From the IMG/VR virus record IMGVR_UViG_3300028592_000019, positions 1 to 50,807 of that record: a DNA stretch of 50,807 nt. One strand, given 5' to 3'. Each line of letters starts with the position of its first letter. The stretch's first letter is position 1. A model generated the notes under the pieces. It saw only the letters and a list, made by a program, of their open reading frames with translations. It was not told where the DNA came from and did not search any database. Positions 17,545-27,136 of this stretch are shown one piece after another. Origin of the DNA: a virus (Duplodnaviria > Caudoviricetes). A program made the position numbers and the translations under genes.

Positions 17545-18066
17545 CTAGATCACGTGGCCGCAGAAGAAGGTTGATCCGGTCCCGCCGCTGATTGTCGCTG
17601 AGCCGCCGCCTGTTTCGAGATGGAAGACGTAGACCTCGTAGTAATCCGTCCCGTTCGCATCATCGATGAAGGTTAGAGGGAGATGCACTTCGCGGTTCGA
17701 CGGGCGATCACAGCGGCTGCGGGCAAGCTCGGTGCCATTCTTGTAGATCGCGGTAATGATCGTCGGGCAGTCGTTGGCATTGGCCACGAAATGCGCCGCT
17801 GCGGAGAGCAGCACTTTGCCGGCTGGCGGCGTCCACTTGTCGGAACCGAAGAGGTTCCCGACGTCGAAAGCCTCAGTCGACCAGGTCAGCTTGGTGAAGG
17901 CGTTGTAGGCCACGCCCGTCTGGTTGGTGCCGTTCTTGTGGACGCGAAAAGTCGGCCGCGCGTATAGCTCGTCGAAGTTCGCATTTATCTTCTGGAACGC
18001 TGTGCGCGCTGGGTCGCCCGTGCCGTCGTTGGCGGTAGTGCCGACTGCAACTGTCTGCTTTGCCAT
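17545..18066 (-). CDS. Tail appendage: NDGTGD (T4 gp9/gp10-like) N-terminus + C1q-like head
   Basis: VGTTANDGTGDPARTAFQKINANFDELY; WSTEAFDVG, DYYEVYV, TFFCGH. Confidence 0.65.
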   Translation of the reverse strand: MAKQTVAVGTTANDGTGDPARTAFQKINANFDELYARPTFRVHKNGTNQTGVAYNAFTKLTWSTEAFDVGNLFGSDKWTPPAGKVLLSAAAHFVANANDCPTIITAIYKNGTELARSRCDRPSNREVHLPLTFIDDANGTDYYEVYVFHLETGGGSATISGGTGSTFFCGHVI

Positions 18067-20183
18067 TACATTTCGTCCGCGGTGTAGCCGGTCGTGTCGG
18101 CTTTGATGAGGGAGTTATCGCCGCGGAATTCGGTCGGGGTGACCGCCGGGCCGGTAGCAACGGGAGAAGCCGCGACACCAGAGGAGTTGATTGCGACGAT
18201 GAAGCCGTACCGCAACCCTACGCCGAGCCCGCTGATGGTCCGACTATCCGGAGCGTTCGGAGCGCCGTATTCCGTGGCCGCCAACGTGGCGCCGACAAAG
18301 GTGTTGCTGGTGTTCCAATATAGGCGAGATCCCGCGTAGTTCGGGCTGTTCGGTGCGGTCCAGAAGTAGTTGATAACGCCGTCGCCACCCGTCGCACTGA
18401 CGGCCACCACTGGGCCCGGAGCGACAGGATCGGCCACGACTACCAAAGTTTGGTAGTCAGTCCATTCCGAGGGCGTGCCGGCTGACCAGGTCCTGGCGCG
18501 GAAGTCAAAGGACACGCCATCAGTCAAATAAAGGCTACGAACCTCCAACTCCCCGGAGGCGCCGAGGCGTTGCTGAGCCGCCCCCCCTGCTGTTGGCTTC
18601 CATTCCAGCTCGTACTGGAAGTTCTCATTCTGAAAGTCGAAAGTACCGATGGCGAATGCGGCCGTTGCGCCACCAGAGATAACTTCGGTGTCGATCATGA
18701 CTTCGAAGTTGAGGGGCACAGGGACTTCCTGGCGCTCTACTGGGTTGACGTTGTACCCTGGGACGCCCTCTTCCAATGATGCGCTGAAAGCGTAGAGGGT
18801 CGGCGGAACGACGATGCCTTCGAATTGCACAGTGAGGTTCCGAAGAGATCGGACTGGACGCCCCGTGACCTCAATAATGTCCATGCTCAGTCGTGGGGGA
18901 TAATGGACCCTGATGAACCGGCGATAGGGAATAGGCTTGTCCGGATCATAGTGCGCCGTGATGGTTACTCGTGGTGCATTGGCCCGGATGTAGGCGAGCT
19001 TTTGCATGCGGGCGATATGGTTGTGAGACTGGACACACTGGTTATCGACGGTCTTGGTGCGCTCGTCGTCGGTCGGATAAGGAATGCCATAGATCGCGGC
19101 ATCCGTTGTGTTGAAGCCCTTCTCCGGATCGCTGTACCGACCGCGCACAGCCAGAGTGCTGGTGTTCAGGCGCTTGTTTGGATCATAGCTTACAGCAACG
19201 ATATCGTTGGCCGTGAGCAGAATGTCCGGCTCGACAAGAGATCCAGCGTGAACGCCGACCTTGCCGTCTGGCCGCTCGTAGAGCACCATATCGGCCGCCT
19301 GATCCATGATCCGTCCGACTTCCACTGGGTCATTGTTGGCGCGGAACCAGAAGCCACCGTGATAGCGGTTCTCCACCACGCCCAGCCGGTTAGTAACGCC
19401 TTGGTCGCAGACGTTGGCCGCGTTGATCCAGTCCGGCATGTAAACGTCGTTCAGGGTAAGCTTGCCGCCGACAGGGTGCGTCAGGTGCCAAAGCCGAAAG
19501 AGCGCGATATTGCGCGTGTAGCCATAGGTGCCAGTCCGAGGATCATAGATGCGGTTATGTCCCTCGATCACGGCCGAATGCGATGGCATGCCGTGCGGAT
19601 AGACCGTCTGTAGTTCTTCAGTCGGGACCGAGCCGACATACATAAACACACTGGCCAGACCGTCGCCCCTGTGATCGTTGGACCAGATGTCGGGGAAGGC
19701 GTCGACCACCGTGGCATATGCCGAGGACAGATCAGCGCCGAGGCGCTCTTGAAGGGAAACCCGGTTCGTCAGCCTCTCGGGCGAGGTGATCACGCCGTCC
19801 ACGATCGTGACCGGCTCGTCGTGAAGGTAATGCACGAGGAATGCATGGATCGAATGCGCCGCCGTCACCATGATATGGTAGGCGATGCCGTTCCGCTCCT
19901 CGAGAAAAACGTAGTCTCCGGCCTTCTTCGTCTTGCCCAGGACATAGACGAGCGGAGGCACGGTCTGCTTGAGATTGTATTTTCCGTCTTCAGGCTTCGG
20001 GGCGCCCGGTTTCGGCGGCGCAAAGGCCTGAGAGACGAGATAAGCCGCGCCGGCGAGCAACAGATACGACGCACCAAGCGCAATAGCGCCCACCGACGCG
20101 CCGAAGGCGAGCGTCGGCAGCCCAACGGCGAGCAGCGCATTGGAAATCCACGGCACAAGGACCGTGGCCAGAGCTTGAGGCAT
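18066..20183 (-). CDS. Central tail/host-specificity protein with FnIII domains
   Basis: 705 aa; APGPV and FWTAPN FnIII-like segments; position in tail module. Confidence 0.8.
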   Translation of the reverse strand: MPQALATVLVPWISNALLAVGLPTLAFGASVGAIALGASYLLLAGAAYLVSQAFAPPKPGAPKPEDGKYNLKQTVPPLVYVLGKTKKAGDYVFLEERNGIAYHIMVTAAHSIHAFLVHYLHDEPVTIVDGVITSPERLTNRVSLQERLGADLSSAYATVVDAFPDIWSNDHRGDGLASVFMYVGSVPTEELQTVYPHGMPSHSAVIEGHNRIYDPRTGTYGYTRNIALFRLWHLTHPVGGKLTLNDVYMPDWINAANVCDQGVTNRLGVVENRYHGGFWFRANNDPVEVGRIMDQAADMVLYERPDGKVGVHAGSLVEPDILLTANDIVAVSYDPNKRLNTSTLAVRGRYSDPEKGFNTTDAAIYGIPYPTDDERTKTVDNQCVQSHNHIARMQKLAYIRANAPRVTITAHYDPDKPIPYRRFIRVHYPPRLSMDIIEVTGRPVRSLRNLTVQFEGIVVPPTLYAFSASLEEGVPGYNVNPVERQEVPVPLNFEVMIDTEVISGGATAAFAIGTFDFQNENFQYELEWKPTAGGAAQQRLGASGELEVRSLYLTDGVSFDFRARTWSAGTPSEWTDYQTLVVVADPVAPGPVVAVSATGGDGVINYFWTAPNSPNYAGSRLYWNTSNTFVGATLAATEYGAPNAPDSRTISGLGVGLRYGFIVAINSSGVAASPVATGPAVTPTEFRGDNSLIKADTTGYTADEM

Positions 20184-20201
20184 TGCGATGTTCCGAGAGG
20201 T

Positions 20202-20726
20202 CTAAACGCGCCACATGGCGAGGGGACGGGCCGCGAATGGCACCCAACGGGCGGCGTTGCCGTCGCCCCATTTCACGAGCCAGCGAAAGCCCTGCCAGAT
20301 AGCAGACCATTGCCGACGTTCATCGTGTTTAGCACCGACAACTGCGATGCAGCCGAATTCCGGCTCAAGGACAGGCGAAAGCCCTATGGCCGACGCACAG
20401 GCACCAATATGAGCGATAAGCCCGCCACGGCGCTCCAGCAGCGCCCTGGATGATGCTTCGCTGTCATAGGCCCCGCGCCACTCAGCGCCGGGGTCTGGAT
20501 ATCCGTTCAGGGCCACCCAGGAGGCCACATCGAGCGAGCAATCAGACTGCCCCCAAACATGTGGCGTGCAGGTGAGGGTAAAGTTCTCCAGCCGAGCCAT
20601 GCGCTCAACAAGACCAGCCTCGGCATGGTGACGGCGAATGGCTTTGACCGCCCATGAGGACATAGCGGGGCGATATTCCGCGGCCTCGATTAGCGCGCGA
20701 GTGTCGTGCCGGGTCCAGTTGCTCAC
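20202..20726 (-). CDS. Tail-associated NlpC/P60-like protein (DUF6950-like)
   Basis: WGQSDC, WRGAY; start uncertain. Confidence 0.7.
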   Translation of the reverse strand: MSNWTRHDTRALIEAAEYRPAMSSWAVKAIRRHHAEAGLVERMARLENFTLTCTPHVWGQSDCSLDVASWVALNGYPDPGAEWRGAYDSEASSRALLERRGGLIAHIGACASAIGLSPVLEPEFGCIAVVGAKHDERRQWSAIWQGFRWLVKWGDGNAARWVPFAARPLAMWRV

Positions 20727-20878
20727 CGCCGACGCTCGATCCTGTCGGCCAGCGCCACCATGATCAGGCAAAGGCTGATCTGGACCAGAAGCTGCCAAAT
20801 TGGATCTGTCGGTTGTCGCAAAAACAAGGGGGCCAAGACGGCCACGAAGACCACCCAGCAGAAGGTGTCGCTATCCAT
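20723..20878 (-). CDS. Small two-TM protein (51 aa; not in ORF track)
   Basis: GAGG RBS; MDSDTFCWVVFVAVL...; coupled to next gene. Confidence 0.5.
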   Translation of the reverse strand: MDSDTFCWVVFVAVLAPLFLRQPTDPIWQLLVQISLCLIMVALADRIERRR

Positions 20879-20885
20879 GATTTCC

Positions 20886-21455
20886 TCAGCTAAATCGCGG
20901 CCAGACGATCACGGCGTCGATGAGTCGATAGACACGTTCGGCTATCCGATCGAGCGCAGCCGTGGGATTGAGCACCTTGGCTCGGGCCTTTTGATCGACG
21001 TCGGACAGCACTGCCCCGCTGGTTAGGGTGCGCAGCGAGAAGCGGTTGACCACTTCCAGAACAATAGTGGAAACCACCTGATCGCCCTGCACCGCATCGT
21101 CGCTCGGCATATTGTCGATAGTGCCGGTGAATCCGACTTCAGCCGCACCGATAGGCTGATCCCATTCGTCACACGGCTGCAGGAGCAATTGGACTGTCGC
21201 GCCGATGACTTCGCCGGCATCCAGTTCCTCATAAGCAAGGTCCGTAATGCTGGTGTCGACGCCGGAAAGCGACAGCATCAGCGTTGCTGCCTCACCATTC
21301 ATCGCGCTTTCGATCTGGTCGAGGCCGTCATTCAGGCGAGCGCCGACCCAGACCTCGCCATCGGCATCGAGGACCGGCCCCGCCCCATCCCAAAACCGCA
21401 TGGTCTTCGATGGGAAATCGATCCGGACGAGGATGCGCAGTGACTTGATCGCCAT
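20886..21455 (-). CDS. Minor tail protein
   Basis: RFWDGAG...WVG motif; position after distal tail gene. Confidence 0.7.
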   Translation of the reverse strand: MAIKSLRILVRIDFPSKTMRFWDGAGPVLDADGEVWVGARLNDGLDQIESAMNGEAATLMLSLSGVDTSITDLAYEELDAGEVIGATVQLLLQPCDEWDQPIGAAEVGFTGTIDNMPSDDAVQGDQVVSTIVLEVVNRFSLRTLTSGAVLSDVDQKARAKVLNPTAALDRIAERVYRLIDAVIVWPRFS

Positions 21456-22168
21456 CACACACCTCCTGTGGCCAGATTATTCCAATAGTCGACAGCTTCG
21501 ACAAACTCGACCGACGCCGCATCAATTTCGACGTTCGAGAGTGCGAGATCCATTCCGCGATCATCAACCAGACGGCACAGGCACGTCGGGCGATCCGCCT
21601 CAAGCTGGGCATCAACAGGGATGGCTTTTCGGATGGCCGGGAACACCGGCACCTGGAAGGTGTCGTCGTCGACCTGCTGAATGATGGGGCCGGTCTCATA
21701 CAGCGCGTGCTGGTAGCTGAAACGAATGCCGACAGGAGAACTAGCGCTCACCAGTTGGATTGTTATGACCGTAGCCGCGAGCGGGGCAAATGTCGCCATG
21801 CGGACATCGATGGCCCCTTGGCTGTAGCTCGTGCCATCGTCAAAGGTCGTCTCATCGTCGTGCGGTGAATAGACCAAGGGCTCACGATGTCCGGAGGGAT
21901 ACGGCGCGCTGTCGAAAGACCAGGCAGGAACGGTCACAAGTCCCGCCCTGCCCCCCAATTGGGTTCGAATGGCATTCCACGTGCGGCGCATCGCGGGCTT
22001 GTATACGGTCACATCTGACAGCGTAATCCGCCAGAATCCACGGTCGGTGCGAGCCGTCGGTTCGATGCCGCCCAGAGAGCGCCCGCCCGACCGCGTGAAG
22101 GGCACCATCGACGCAGTTGCCTTGGCCGGGCGGAGCAGCTTCGTCGGCCAATGGATGTAGTCTGCCAT
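21455..22168 (-). CDS. Distal tail protein (putative)
   Basis: Directly follows tape measure; coupled. Confidence 0.65.
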   Translation of the reverse strand: MADYIHWPTKLLRPAKATASMVPFTRSGGRSLGGIEPTARTDRGFWRITLSDVTVYKPAMRRTWNAIRTQLGGRAGLVTVPAWSFDSAPYPSGHREPLVYSPHDDETTFDDGTSYSQGAIDVRMATFAPLAATVITIQLVSASSPVGIRFSYQHALYETGPIIQQVDDDTFQVPVFPAIRKAIPVDAQLEADRPTCLCRLVDDRGMDLALSNVEIDAASVEFVEAVDYWNNLATGGV

Positions 22169-24081
22169 CACATGGTCCTATAGTCAGAGCCCGCACGCTG
22201 TTCTTGATACTTAGCAACGGCAGCCGGCGCTGTTTTGTTGGCTTGTGCTACTGCCACCTGAGTACCTGCCGCTGCGGCCGTCTGCGCCTCTTGGCGCGAG
22301 ACCGACTTCACGTATGCCTGCAGCTTGCCCTCATCATCGATCGAGACGCCGACGTTGACATGCATGGAGCCGCCGCCATTGCTGTTCGCTGCAACGCCGA
22401 GCTTCCCATCTGCACCGCGCCGCAGTGGCATGATGGCCTCCGGCCCCGCCTCTCCCATGAGCCCTGCCCCATTGGCCATCGGGAACAGCGTGGGACTGTT
22501 GACGATGCCGCCGCGGGCGAAAGGCTGGACATGACCGCCGCTGAACACGCCGCCGTCTGCAAAGCCAAAGAGCGAGCCTATCATTCCGAAGATACCGCCG
22601 AGCCCGCCCCCGCCACTTCCGCCCATGGAAAAGAGGGCGTCAACCAGGTTGGTCTCGATCTTGTCGATGATCTTGTCCAAGACGCTCATCCCGGCCTGGC
22701 CGAATGCCTCCCAAAAAGAAGCTCCGTCGCTTAATCCCTGCCGGAGATCGGACAGGAACCCCTTGGTGAGGTCCTTGCCAAACTCGAAAGATTCTTTGGC
22801 CTTACGTGCAGCCTCTTCTGCAACGGCCATGGCCTGAGCGAGGGCACCGAGTTCTTCGGTCTGCTGCGGAGTAAGCTTGATATTGTCGTTGGCTGCCTGG
22901 TTGAGCAATTCCTGCTCGTGACGCAGCCGGCCCATCTCGACGGCGGTCATGCCGATCATCTCGATCTCAAGCTCGGATTGATCGATGCGCTGTTGCGCGC
23001 TGCGAACAATGTCTTGATACGCCTCTGCCTGCTTCTGTGCGGCACTGGCTGCCCTCTTCAGCGCATCTTCGTCCGGTGCCGACGCGTTCTTCTGCGCCTG
23101 GCTGGAGACCGCACCAAAGAACTCACCCATGAAGTCACGCTCTTGGAGCGCGCCAACTGTACGGGCATAGGCGCCCCAGCTTTTGTTGTAGTCCTCCATG
23201 GCTGCAGTGCCGCCAAATTCGATCTTGCCAAAGCTCACCGGACCCAGCGCACTGATGACCTCTTGGCCTGCCATCTGGTTGATACCGCCGATCAGCGAAT
23301 TGATGTTTCCGATGACCGAGTTGATGCCGTTGGCAATGGCATCTGCGAAACCTTGCGCAGCGGCCTGCCCCGCGATGATGAAAGCGGCCGGCACTGTGCT
23401 GATGCTGGTCTTGATGTACTCGATCGATCCGACGATGTTTCGGATCATCGCGTTGCCTGCGTCCTTGGTGGCGCCCACGACCCAATCCCAAGCATCAGAG
23501 AACCAACCGCCGATCATGTCAGTGGCAGGCTTGATGAACTGGTAAATTCCGCCCGCGATCACCTGGAAGGTAGCCAGGGCTACGTCCCCGAAGCCAACAG
23601 TCACCTTGGACGTCTCATTGATTTCGTGGGTCATGCCGGCGAAGGCCAAAGACACGGCACCGACGACGGCAGCAACTGGCCAAAACGTCGTCACTAGGCT
23701 CTTGCCGATACCAACCAGGCTATCGATGGCTGGTTTTAGCCCGAACTGCAGCATCTGCGGCACCTGCTGCACTGCGACGATCAGCGGCGACATTCCGGAC
23801 GCTAGCGAGACGCCGATATCGTTGAGCTGATAGATCATATTGGTGCGCACCTGCGTACCCATGCGCATGGCAGCGTTGTTGGCCTGAATAGCGGCAGTAT
23901 GCGCGGCCGTGGCTGCAGTGGCGGCCTTCTGACCGACCGCCTCAACCTGCGAAGCGCCTGCAAGCTGCCGGGCAGCAGCAGAGGCCTGTCCCGCGGCGCC
24001 GGTAAGCTGGTGCAACGAGACCGTGCCCTTTTCGACCTGAGACGAATCCACTGCGAGGCCAAGACGTGCGACGTCGACCAT
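22168..24081 (-). CDS. Tail tape measure protein
   Basis: QLNDIGVSLASG; FADGG/FARGG; GEAGPEAIMPL; Ala-rich helical. Confidence 0.92.
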   Translation of the reverse strand: MVDVARLGLAVDSSQVEKGTVSLHQLTGAAGQASAAARQLAGASQVEAVGQKAATAATAAHTAAIQANNAAMRMGTQVRTNMIYQLNDIGVSLASGMSPLIVAVQQVPQMLQFGLKPAIDSLVGIGKSLVTTFWPVAAVVGAVSLAFAGMTHEINETSKVTVGFGDVALATFQVIAGGIYQFIKPATDMIGGWFSDAWDWVVGATKDAGNAMIRNIVGSIEYIKTSISTVPAAFIIAGQAAAQGFADAIANGINSVIGNINSLIGGINQMAGQEVISALGPVSFGKIEFGGTAAMEDYNKSWGAYARTVGALQERDFMGEFFGAVSSQAQKNASAPDEDALKRAASAAQKQAEAYQDIVRSAQQRIDQSELEIEMIGMTAVEMGRLRHEQELLNQAANDNIKLTPQQTEELGALAQAMAVAEEAARKAKESFEFGKDLTKGFLSDLRQGLSDGASFWEAFGQAGMSVLDKIIDKIETNLVDALFSMGGSGGGGLGGIFGMIGSLFGFADGGVFSGGHVQPFARGGIVNSPTLFPMANGAGLMGEAGPEAIMPLRRGADGKLGVAANSNGGGSMHVNVGVSIDDEGKLQAYVKSVSRQEAQTAAAAGTQVAVAQANKTAPAAVAKYQEQRAGSDYRTM

Positions 24082-24093
24082 GTCGTGACCTCA

Positions 24094-24459
24094 CTAGAAG
24101 ATTGCGTCGAAGAGCTCCGGCGTCATTGGCCGCTCGGAGTGGGTGTGCGGAGATTGGTTGGCGGCTTGTTCGCGGCCTGCCAATTCACGGCAGGAGGAAA
24201 GGTATGCGACGTCCATGGCGCGCAGTACTCGCCATTCCATCGCCCGTGGCTCAGAGTTGGTCAAGGAAGCCCATTCGGCCATTTCCCGCCACGACAGCGC
24301 CTGCGGGCCGGAAAAGCCTTCCTGGCGCCCCTGAGAGAGCTCGACGAACCAGTACCAGAGGTATTCCTGGCCCCAAGGGAGTTCAGGCTGGAAGCTTGGG
24401 GCAAGGATCGCCGCTCGCACCAGCCCGGTGAACTCTTCCGTCAGGTCCTGGTAAAATTT
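24094..24459 (-). CDS. Tail assembly chaperone GT extension (-1 frame)
   Basis: YLWYWFVELS, ALSWREM; reached by frameshift. Confidence 0.8.
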   Translation of the reverse strand, partial: KFYQDLTEEFTGLVRAAILAPSFQPELPWGQEYLWYWFVELSQGRQEGFSGPQALSWREMAEWASLTNSEPRAMEWRVLRAMDVAYLSSCRELAGREQAANQSPHTHSERPMTPELFDAIF

Positions 24460-24824
24460 GCGATGTTGCGCGCAGCCCCCACCACTTGGGCATAGAGCCA
24501 AGTTTCCTTGGTGAGGATTGCCTTCACGGTCGCCACGTCGCTGTCCGGCTTCTTTCCGTCGTAGGTGTTGTCGCCCCAGTCCCACGAGGCGACGTAGGAC
24601 ACTGCCTGCTCGACTTCATTCTGCTCGACGCGCTCGGCATCGATCAGCTTGCGGCGCTGCTGGCGCTCAAGCATCCCATCAGTCTGCCGGCGGACAACAG
24701 CCATGGAGGCGTCCGACCCGGCCGAACGAACCATGATCTTGATACCCATCGACTTGCCAGTGGCAGGGTGCTCGACATCGAGCTCGAAAAGCTGCTCGGT
24801 CGATACGAGACCTGAAATTTCCAT
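24441..24824 (-). CDS. Tail assembly chaperone G
   Basis: Between tail tube and tape measure; ends in slippery site. Confidence 0.8.
   Translation of the reverse strand: MEISGLVSTEQLFELDVEHPATGKSMGIKIMVRSAGSDASMAVVRRQTDGMLERQQRRKLIDAERVEQNEVEQAVSYVASWDWGDNTYDGKKPDSDVATVKAILTKETWLYAQVVGAARNIANFTRT
24453..24459 (-). other. -1 ribosomal frameshift slippery site A AAT TTT
   Basis: XXXYYYZ heptamer in frame near end of G; -1 frame continues as FYQDLTEEF. Confidence 0.8.
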
Positions 24825-24828
24825 GCCG

Positions 24829-25011
24829 TCAGTCCTTCGCCTTCGGCGCCGGCTTGGCCGGTTCACCCGTCACTTCGAAGCCGAGGCCTTCAAAGGCTTT
24901 CGCCTCATCCTTGGTCAGCGGCACGTCAATGGACGCGCCAGGCATCAGCGGAATGTCGACGCCATCGCGTGACAGCTTGCGGGCATCCTGCCCCACGTTT
25001 TTGATCTGCAT
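24829..25011 (-). CDS. Hypothetical protein
   Basis: AAGGAG RBS; 60 aa. Confidence 0.65.
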   Translation of the reverse strand: MQIKNVGQDARKLSRDGVDIPLMPGASIDVPLTKDEAKAFEGLGFEVTGEPAKPAPKAKD

Positions 25012-25020
25012 GATGGCTCC

Positions 25021-25749
25021 TTATCCGAGCGGCGCAACGCGCACGGTGTTGGTGTTGACTTCCACCGTCGCCTGAAGCTGACGGACGTTGTTGGGCCCGC
25101 CGAACGCCTCGGTGGCGCCAGTGACAAGTCCAACGAAGTAGCGCTTGGACGGCACAGGCTGGGTCGTGGCGGTTTGAACGCCGGAGCCGACGGAAGATGT
25201 GTTGACGACCGTGCCGCCCGGAGTGGCGGAGACCGTAAACGTGTTCACGTCGAGCACTGTCTTGACGTAATAGGTCGTACCAGCGGTGAGGCCAGTGGGC
25301 AGCGCGCCAGTGGTCGAGAACACAACCGGCGTGTTGGCAACAAGGCCATGGCCTGTCCAAGTGACGACGCCTGGCGAGGCATTCGAAATCGTCACGGTCG
25401 CCGACTTAGGCACCGGAGGATCATTCAGGTCGACGCGGAACGGGTAGTTGTAGACGGTCTTTTCGGCCGCCAGCAACGCGATTTGGCCGGGATCGTTGAT
25501 TGCGACGGCGAAGTTGTCCTGGCGCGAAGGCGCGTTGCGAGTGCCCTTCTGCTTCATGTCACGGCCGCGATCAATCAGCGGCGTGGTGATCAGCGCGGCA
25601 GCATCGCCCAGCGCGCCGGCTTCCATGTAGTTCTTGACCTCAGTCCAGACGACCGAGGCGAAGTCGGCTTCCGTGACATCAACGTCCGGCAGTTCCATGG
25701 CAGGGCCGATAAAGAACTTGCTCCCGGCAACGGGATAGAGCGTGGCCAT
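25021..25749 (-). CDS. Major tail tube protein with inserted beta domain
   Basis: GALGD, KQKGTRNA, DPGQIAL, YNYPFRV; insert ISNASPGVVT...LPTGLTAGTTYYV. Confidence 0.82.
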   Translation of the reverse strand: MATLYPVAGSKFFIGPAMELPDVDVTEADFASVVWTEVKNYMEAGALGDAAALITTPLIDRGRDMKQKGTRNAPSRQDNFAVAINDPGQIALLAAEKTVYNYPFRVDLNDPPVPKSATVTISNASPGVVTWTGHGLVANTPVVFSTTGALPTGLTAGTTYYVKTVLDVNTFTVSATPGGTVVNTSSVGSGVQTATTQPVPSKRYFVGLVTGATEAFGGPNNVRQLQATVEVNTNTVRVAPLG

Positions 25750-25804
25750 GCGGCCCTCCTATGTCGTGATGGCCTTGCCGAAGGGCCAGAAACGGCAGGA
25801 GCGC

Positions 25805-26230
25805 TTAAGCCCAGCACTCAAAGGGGATCATGACGGGCACGAGGACGCCAGGCGGCGTGGACTCGACCAGCATGGATGCCGGCTCGGCATCGGCGGTGAT
25901 GCGAATGGATAGACCGAGCGCGTGATAAAGTCTCAGGTCCGCAGGGAAGTGAGCAGCAACCGCACCGGCGATGTCGTCAATCCGCGTGCCCTGGTTGAGC
26001 CCGTCCCGCACGTTGACCTGTAGGAAGCCGAGGCGCTGATGCGGACCATCGGTGTCGATCAGCACTCGGTTGACCGCATTGGGCACATACCGGGCTTCGA
26101 GGTATCGATTACCGGCCGGCGCCGTGAAGTTGAGGTTAGGCCACGAGACCGGATGGGCTGGAGCCAGTACCAGCGTGGCCAGACGGGCGAACAGGGCTTC
26201 CTTAATCGCCCCTTCCACGGTTGTGGCCAT
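25805..26230 (-). CDS. Tail terminator-like protein
   Basis: VSWPN, GFLQVNV, AHFP; upstream of tail tube. Confidence 0.75.
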   Translation of the reverse strand: MATTVEGAIKEALFARLATLVLAPAHPVSWPNLNFTAPAGNRYLEARYVPNAVNRVLIDTDGPHQRLGFLQVNVRDGLNQGTRIDDIAGAVAAHFPADLRLYHALGLSIRITADAEPASMLVESTPPGVLVPVMIPFECWA

Positions 26231-26249
26231 GCTGATACCTTCCCGGCCC

Positions 26250-26465
26250 ATGGCCGACGATAAACCGCTCAACGACAATCAGGTCCACGACCGCCTTCAC
26301 GCGGCCATGGAAGCCCTTGGCAATGCCGATGGCGAAACCGTTCATGGCGACACGGCGCTGAAGTCTGCGCGCCGTTCGCTGATGTTGCTGCAATTGGCAG
26401 TGGTGACCGCTCAGGCCAAAGGCGATGCGGTAAACGACAATCTCAAAGGCCCAGTCGAGCCCTAA
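26250..26465 (+). CDS. Small antisense moron protein
   Basis: MADDKPLND...; fills gap between two minus-strand genes. Confidence 0.6.
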   Translation: MADDKPLNDNQVHDRLHAAMEALGNADGETVHGDTALKSARRSLMLLQLAVVTAQAKGDAVNDNLKGPVEP

Positions 26466-26859
26466 CCTCGGCCGCCTTCGTGGCGACAATGCTTTCCCAG
26501 CGCTGCGCTACCATCGAGACCCAAGGCCTGCCGGGACGACCATTCGCACCATAATGGACATAGGCGGCATAGTTGGCCGTGTAGCCGAGATAGAGCACGT
26601 CGCCCGCCTCGGTGCCGGCAATCACCAGCACGATCTCTGCCAATCCGTCAGTACCGGGACCACCCGGGTTCTCCCGTGTCAGCGCCGGCATTGCTGTGGT
26701 CGATGCCATGAGGCTGTTGCGCAGAAAGCCGGTGTCGAACGGCACCAGCGAATTAAGCTCGGAAACAAGCTCTTGCGCCGCTTCCCGGAAGAGCACATCA
26801 AACGCGCCCTCGACCTTTCGTGCCCAGCCCTCAATGGTGGCGCTGAAGCTGTCAGTCAT
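26443..26859 (-). CDS. HK97 gp10-like tail completion protein
   Basis: PFDTGFLRNS, YTANYAAYVHYG. Confidence 0.8.
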   Translation of the reverse strand: MTDSFSATIEGWARKVEGAFDVLFREAAQELVSELNSLVPFDTGFLRNSLMASTTAMPALTRENPGGPGTDGLAEIVLVIAGTEAGDVLYLGYTANYAAYVHYGANGRPGRPWVSMVAQRWESIVATKAAEVRARLGL

Positions 26860-27127
26860 CGCTGAAAGCGGCCTCGATCATTGCCGAATAAATGGCGCCG
26901 ATGCCAACCAATGTCGGCGTCTCCTCGGTTTGTCCATAGTGCTGATTATGGACATCCCAAGCAAATGAAACCATCCTCTCGGAGGGCTCCCGCATCGCCA
27001 TGATGGCGGCGCGAGCCTGCGCTATGTATGCGTCCGAACTTCTCTCCCAGCGATATTCATCGACTTCACCGTTGGGATATTCTTGCTCAAAGATTGCGCG
27101 AGCAACGCGTTCAATCATTTCGTTCAT
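26852..27127 (-). CDS. Hypothetical protein
   Basis: IERVARAI...ARAAIMAMREPS...AMIEAA phage motif. Confidence 0.65.
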   Translation of the reverse strand: MNEMIERVARAIFEQEYPNGEVDEYRWERSSDAYIAQARAAIMAMREPSERMVSFAWDVHNQHYGQTEETPTLVGIGAIYSAMIEAAFSDD

Positions 27128-27136
27128 GCAAACACC

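Noticed and set aside
16529-20183. Diversity-generating retroelement or invertible tail-fibre cassette
   Set aside because: No reverse transcriptase, invertase or TR/VR repeat pair was seen
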